DNA of 64,000 nt from Lingula anatina (taxonomy: Eukaryota > Animalia > Brachiopoda): the NCBI GenBank assembly GCA_051362555.1, contig CM120641.1, positions 16,058,001-16,122,000 on the forward strand, written 5' to 3'. Under the pieces are notes generated by a model. It was given only the letters and a program-made list of their open reading frames with translations, was not told where the DNA came from and did not search any database. Positions 60,036-64,000 of this stretch are shown here, one piece after another; position 1 is the stretch's first letter, and the number at the start of each line of letters is the position of its first letter. The translations under genes and the position numbers were made by a program.

Positions 60036-61633
60036 CACGAAAAAATACATTGTTCACGTGTACATTTATTGTTGTAATCAGAAATACAAAATAGACAAAG
60101 ACCATGTTCATAGTGCTGACGCAGAAAGGATTAAAAATTTTGGTACTCAGATTAACATGCAGAGGCAAGATAAAAAGTTCACCCAGTGGTCATAATAAAT
60201 AAATAAACAAATAAATAAACAAACAAATTAATATATATATAAATACACGTTTAAAAGTTTGGATGGTGAAAATTAGCCAATTATTTAACGTAGATGCTAT
60301 GATATCTAAAAACGGAAACTTCACATAATCATTACATTATACATACATGTACATGTATTACATCCCAAATCAATCTTTTAAAGGACTGCGAGTGAAAATG
60401 CAATACACCAGTAAGGGTAATTTGAAAAGCCATTGATCGCTAAAGCCCACACCAAAGCTATGTGTATTAATTTGCAGTTAAAAATTGCGATGTGCAGCGA
60501 TAGACCTCGGCTTGAAGTTAAACCATCGGATTATAACAAGCGAGTGTTAATTGAAATTTGATGGTAAGGATGATGTTGGATCAATGTCGGGCTTCTGGAA
60601 GCGTTTGAAAGTCAGGTTGGTGGATTAATCTGTAGCGGATTTAGGGAGGAGTCAGAGGGGTTATAACCCCCCCCCCCCCCCCCCCCAATCTTCGGTTTCT
60701 GAAAAAAATCATACTAATATTCCCCTCTTGAAATGAGAATTTTGACTAACCGAATCATAGTCACCGTTTTCCCTCCAAAACACCAAAAAAAAAAAAAAAA
60801 ATTGGTCGGTTCTGTCACGTTTTGCATTTGAGGGCCCACCGGAGAGTATCCTGAGAACAGAGGGTACATATTAAACACACTTAAACACGTATATGGAAAA
60901 ATATGAAAAGCCTGGTATCATTTTTAGCTTTTAGAATTATTAAAATCGACGTTTGGGTCTGGAGGTTAAAATGTGTTCAGCTGTAGTCCTTAGCTGTGCT
61001 CTTTGATAATGTGCAAGGTCAAGTAACTGAAACTATATATCAAGTAACTGAAACTATATATCATGTAGTCTCGAAGCGGAAAAACTGTGTTAATTGTAGT
61101 TTCTCCGCTGCATAAAAGTAGAGAGGTAGTTTCCAGTGTTCTTTGAAGTTATGTCAATAAAGTAGCTCCAGTTGCAATTTCCACATGAAAGTGCGAGGGC
61201 CTCCCGTGGAGGAGTTCTGGAAACAGTTACAAAAAGTATCAACAGTTATAATAAACGGTTGTTCATTTTGTCACGCTGTTTTGCATTTTCTCTTGCCATG
61301 TCTAATTTCTGTTGAAGGAGCACTGCACAATTTTTTTTTTTTTTTTGCCTATTATGAGTAAAGATGCTGTTACTTGTACACAGTAATAGGGCCTACTGGT
61401 TCTTGTTAAGACGCATTGCTTGCTGATTTTGAAATCAGGGCATCGTCACGTGCAACAATGCGATGCGAAAAAAAAGGGTTGTGGAATCTGTTGCTAGTAA
61501 GTTTCATAATAAACCCCATCCAATCAACCAACAGTTTTCGTCTTCCCACAAATAATCCTAGTTTGTACTGAAACTGTACTTTTAAACGAGATTTTGCAGA
61601 GTGTAGCGGAGAGCACAAGTCGAACTATTGGGG

Positions 61634-63205
61634 ATGGAGACGTCGCTGCTACTGCTTCTAGCGGCAGTAGTTGGGGTGTGGGCTGTGTCGCCGCCGAAGT
61701 TGTGTCGTCGTAAGGATGACAAAACTGTATATGCTTTCAAGCAAAATAGTCTGTTGACAGGAGAGGAGATTTCATTGTCCAGGTGAAGAAGTAGGCTGAC
61801 TCTCTCTCTCTCTCATTGTTTCTCTCTCTCTCTCTCTTTCGCCTTTTCAAAACGTTCAAACTAATGCTCCTTAAAGAGTTTTTTAGGCTGGTAGTTGTGG
61901 TCCAGTTCTTTCAACCTCATGCGCTTTTTAAAAAAAACGTTAAAATTTTCTTCAGGTACCGTGGGAATGTGTTGTTGATCGTCAATGTGGCTACCTACTG
62001 AGGTTTGACATCACAGTATCACGGTTTGAATGCACTACAAACCAAATACAGCCCTCTGGGACTAACTGTACTCGCCTTCCCGTGTAACCAGTTTGGAATG
62101 GTAATTTTTTTAGAAGAAAAATTAATTTGTGTTTATTTTTTTCTCCACAAAATCCTTCAATCAAATTTCCTGAAAATCACATTTATTGCCTTAAATTACA
62201 ATGAATTCAAAGCGCTTGTGTTTATGAAATACGTATACCGACCGCTGTTATGTTGGCAGTTATGCTACATGTAAGTTTCAAGTATCAAATGTATTTTGTG
62301 CTAGAGAGCCATTCTCTATTAAACATGAATTAAATGGAAAAATACTATACTTGGAAATTGTAAGCATCATATTTCACAAGTATGGTTTATTTGTTGTAGC
62401 AAGAACCTGGTAGGAACGCGACAGAAATCTGGAACGGAATCAAAGAAGTGCGGCCTGGGCATGGCTTTACTCCAAATTTCCAGATGTTTACGAAAACTGA
62501 AGTTAATGGAATAAACGAAAATCCCCTGTACACATATCTAAAGGTAAATATGCATAACACGTGCCCAAATTGAGAAATCAAATAGTGGATGTTATTGGAA
62601 GAAAGGATTTTTGGACAACATCTTCTGAAACAAAGTGGTTTGTTAAGAACCCAGTCCTGCAAAGAAAAAAAGAAGAGAAAATACTCCCTGAGACCCAAAG
62701 AAGCTTGTTTTCTATACTTTGTACTGTATTATGCCTAATTTATCCCATTTTTCAATAGATTATTTTGTGTTAAAGGGGGAGGGCGGATGTAAATATGGTT
62801 TACATATTACTTGGTACAGATTTGCGGAGGAAAACGGAAGCAGATTACATTTTTAACCGTGCATGCAACCATTAACTTGATATTTTGGATTGCTTTTTTT
62901 AGACTCGATGTGACAGCACAGTGGAAGATTTTGCGACAGACGACAAGCTTTTTTACCAACCTAAAAGAAGCCAGGACATACGTTGGAACTTTGAAAAATT
63001 CCTCGTGGACCACCGCGGTTTTCCTTTAAAGCGTTTCCACCCTCGCACAAATCCTGACAACGCAGAATTTATCTCGACACTAGAGGAAGCCCTAGATATG
63101 AGAAATGGTCGTATGGAGATACGAGATCAAGCATCCAGTAATGGAAAGACAATGCAAAAGGCATACTGCAGTCTGGTACAAACTATATGTCTGAAGATTC
63201 ATTAA
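61634..63205 (+). CDS. GPX: Secreted selenocysteine-containing glutathione peroxidase (GPx3-like), 246 aa, 4 exons
   Basis: Exons 61634-61782, 61956-62100, 62400-62543 and 62903-63205. Signal peptide [17 protein letters not shown]. In NVATY-U-GLT the in-frame TGA at 61999-62001 sits at the catalytic position. Other motifs: [30 protein letters not shown] lies downstream. Confidence 0.96.
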
Positions 63206-63373
63206 AATGAACGCTGAGTCAATATTAAGGGTCGACTTCCGTTCGGGATGACGTTATCTATCATCGGGTTATAGAAGACTTGTTGCCCAGCAATGGTGAG
63301 CAATAATAACCTATACAACGAAACTCTCACATTGTCCGGAAATAATTTTGCATCCCTATTCTAACTGAAACAC

Positions 63374-63805
63374 TTACATAGTAGAAGACGCCTACCCCGG
63401 TGATAAAAACTGATAATTGAAAACCTAGAACTCGGCGTGAATATAAAATAGAATAAAATATAAAAAAATAAATAGTATCTTAAGGAAAGGTGTGGATCCC
63501 TCATTTCTGTCTTTATTTTTTTATTTATTATTTTGCATCAAAAAGAAGAAAGTGTTGCGTTTTGAATAAATTAGCCTAAACTTGTAAATTTTAATACTAT
63601 GTTCGGACTTTGCTCCCTTTGCCCAAGCGGATTTCATGGGACAGGTGCGAAATGTCATCTTACAGTTGGTTACTTGCAATGTATTTTATCTTCATGCTAC
63701 ATGTTCAGGAGCGTAATGAATCCATTAACTTTGTAATAGTGTAAATTCGTGACTTTTTATGTGTACCAATGCATTCTCTTGAAAGCTAGAAACTTTGGCT
63801 GCCAT
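63374..63805 (+). repeat. Right arm of the long inverted repeat, inside the GPx 3' UTR
   Basis: Matches 59642-60035 in reverse; it lies between the GPx stop and the SECIS core. Confidence 0.97.
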
Positions 63806-63865
63806 ATGAAGACCGAGCCGTCAACTACTAAACCAGTAGGAGGTTCGGTCCGATAATGATCACCA
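63796..63865 (+). promoter_or_regulatory. Type-2 SECIS element of GPx
   Basis: ATGAA core (63806-63810); helix II GACCGAGCC/GGTTCGGTC; unpaired AA (63823-63824); apical mini-stem CTACT/AGTAG; 3' core CGAT (63851-63854); weak helix I. Confidence 0.92.
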
Positions 63866-63951
63866 TTTTCGTGATATTCAGTGCATTCTATCTCGTCTCA
63901 ATGGAGATCAGCGACCACTGTTTCTTCTTTCTTTATTTATGTCAATTATTA

Positions 63952-63957
63952 AATAAA
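63952..63957 (+). terminator. Probable GPx polyadenylation signal AATAAA
   Basis: First AATAAA after the SECIS, followed by T/GT-rich sequence. Confidence 0.6.
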
Positions 63958-64000
63958 ATAGCATATGTGAAGCATAAAAATTTGTTGTTCTATTTTTTTG

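Noticed and set aside
63207-63350. Hairpins starting with ATGA just after the GPx stop as SECIS candidates
   Set aside because: No correctly placed 3' NGAN core or apical AA; the element at 63806-63854 fits all criteria.
59642-63805. GPx captured inside a TIR transposon (Pack-type element)
   Set aside because: No target-site duplication is seen and the SECIS core lies outside the repeats, so a mobilised unit would lack Sec recoding. Not fully excluded without a copy-number search.

Overview
AT-rich, intron-rich eukaryotic (invertebrate-like, probably lophotrochozoan; species not determinable) genomic DNA with CpG-depleted gene bodies. Most entries in the ORF track are exon fragments or noise. 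I reconstructed spliced genes by hand from splice sites, reading phase and protein motifs. (1) A ~40 kb class III myosin (kinase + motor + 6 IQ + tail) lies on the minus strand at 2161-42272. It has phase-compatible cassette tail exons, two mutually exclusive 3' ends and a probable internal start exon giving a motor-less isoform. (2) An antisense 125-aa ORF is nested in a myosin intron. (3) A four-coding-exon 109-aa gene (49043-50917, +) is missing from the ORF track. (4) Ethanolamine-phosphate cytidylyltransferase PCYT2 (53278-59548, -, 14 exons, 375 aa) has one U12-type and one GC-AG intron. (5) A secreted selenocysteine glutathione peroxidase (61634-63205, +, in-frame TGA) has a clear type-2 SECIS whose core spans 63806-63854. 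The most striking structure is a ~400-bp inverted repeat (59642-60035 / 63374-63805) that brackets the GPx promoter and CDS and ends exactly at the first base of the SECIS core, so the SECIS core lies outside the bracketed segment. Several MITE-like palindromes, two LINE/SINE 3' tails and microsatellites are also present.
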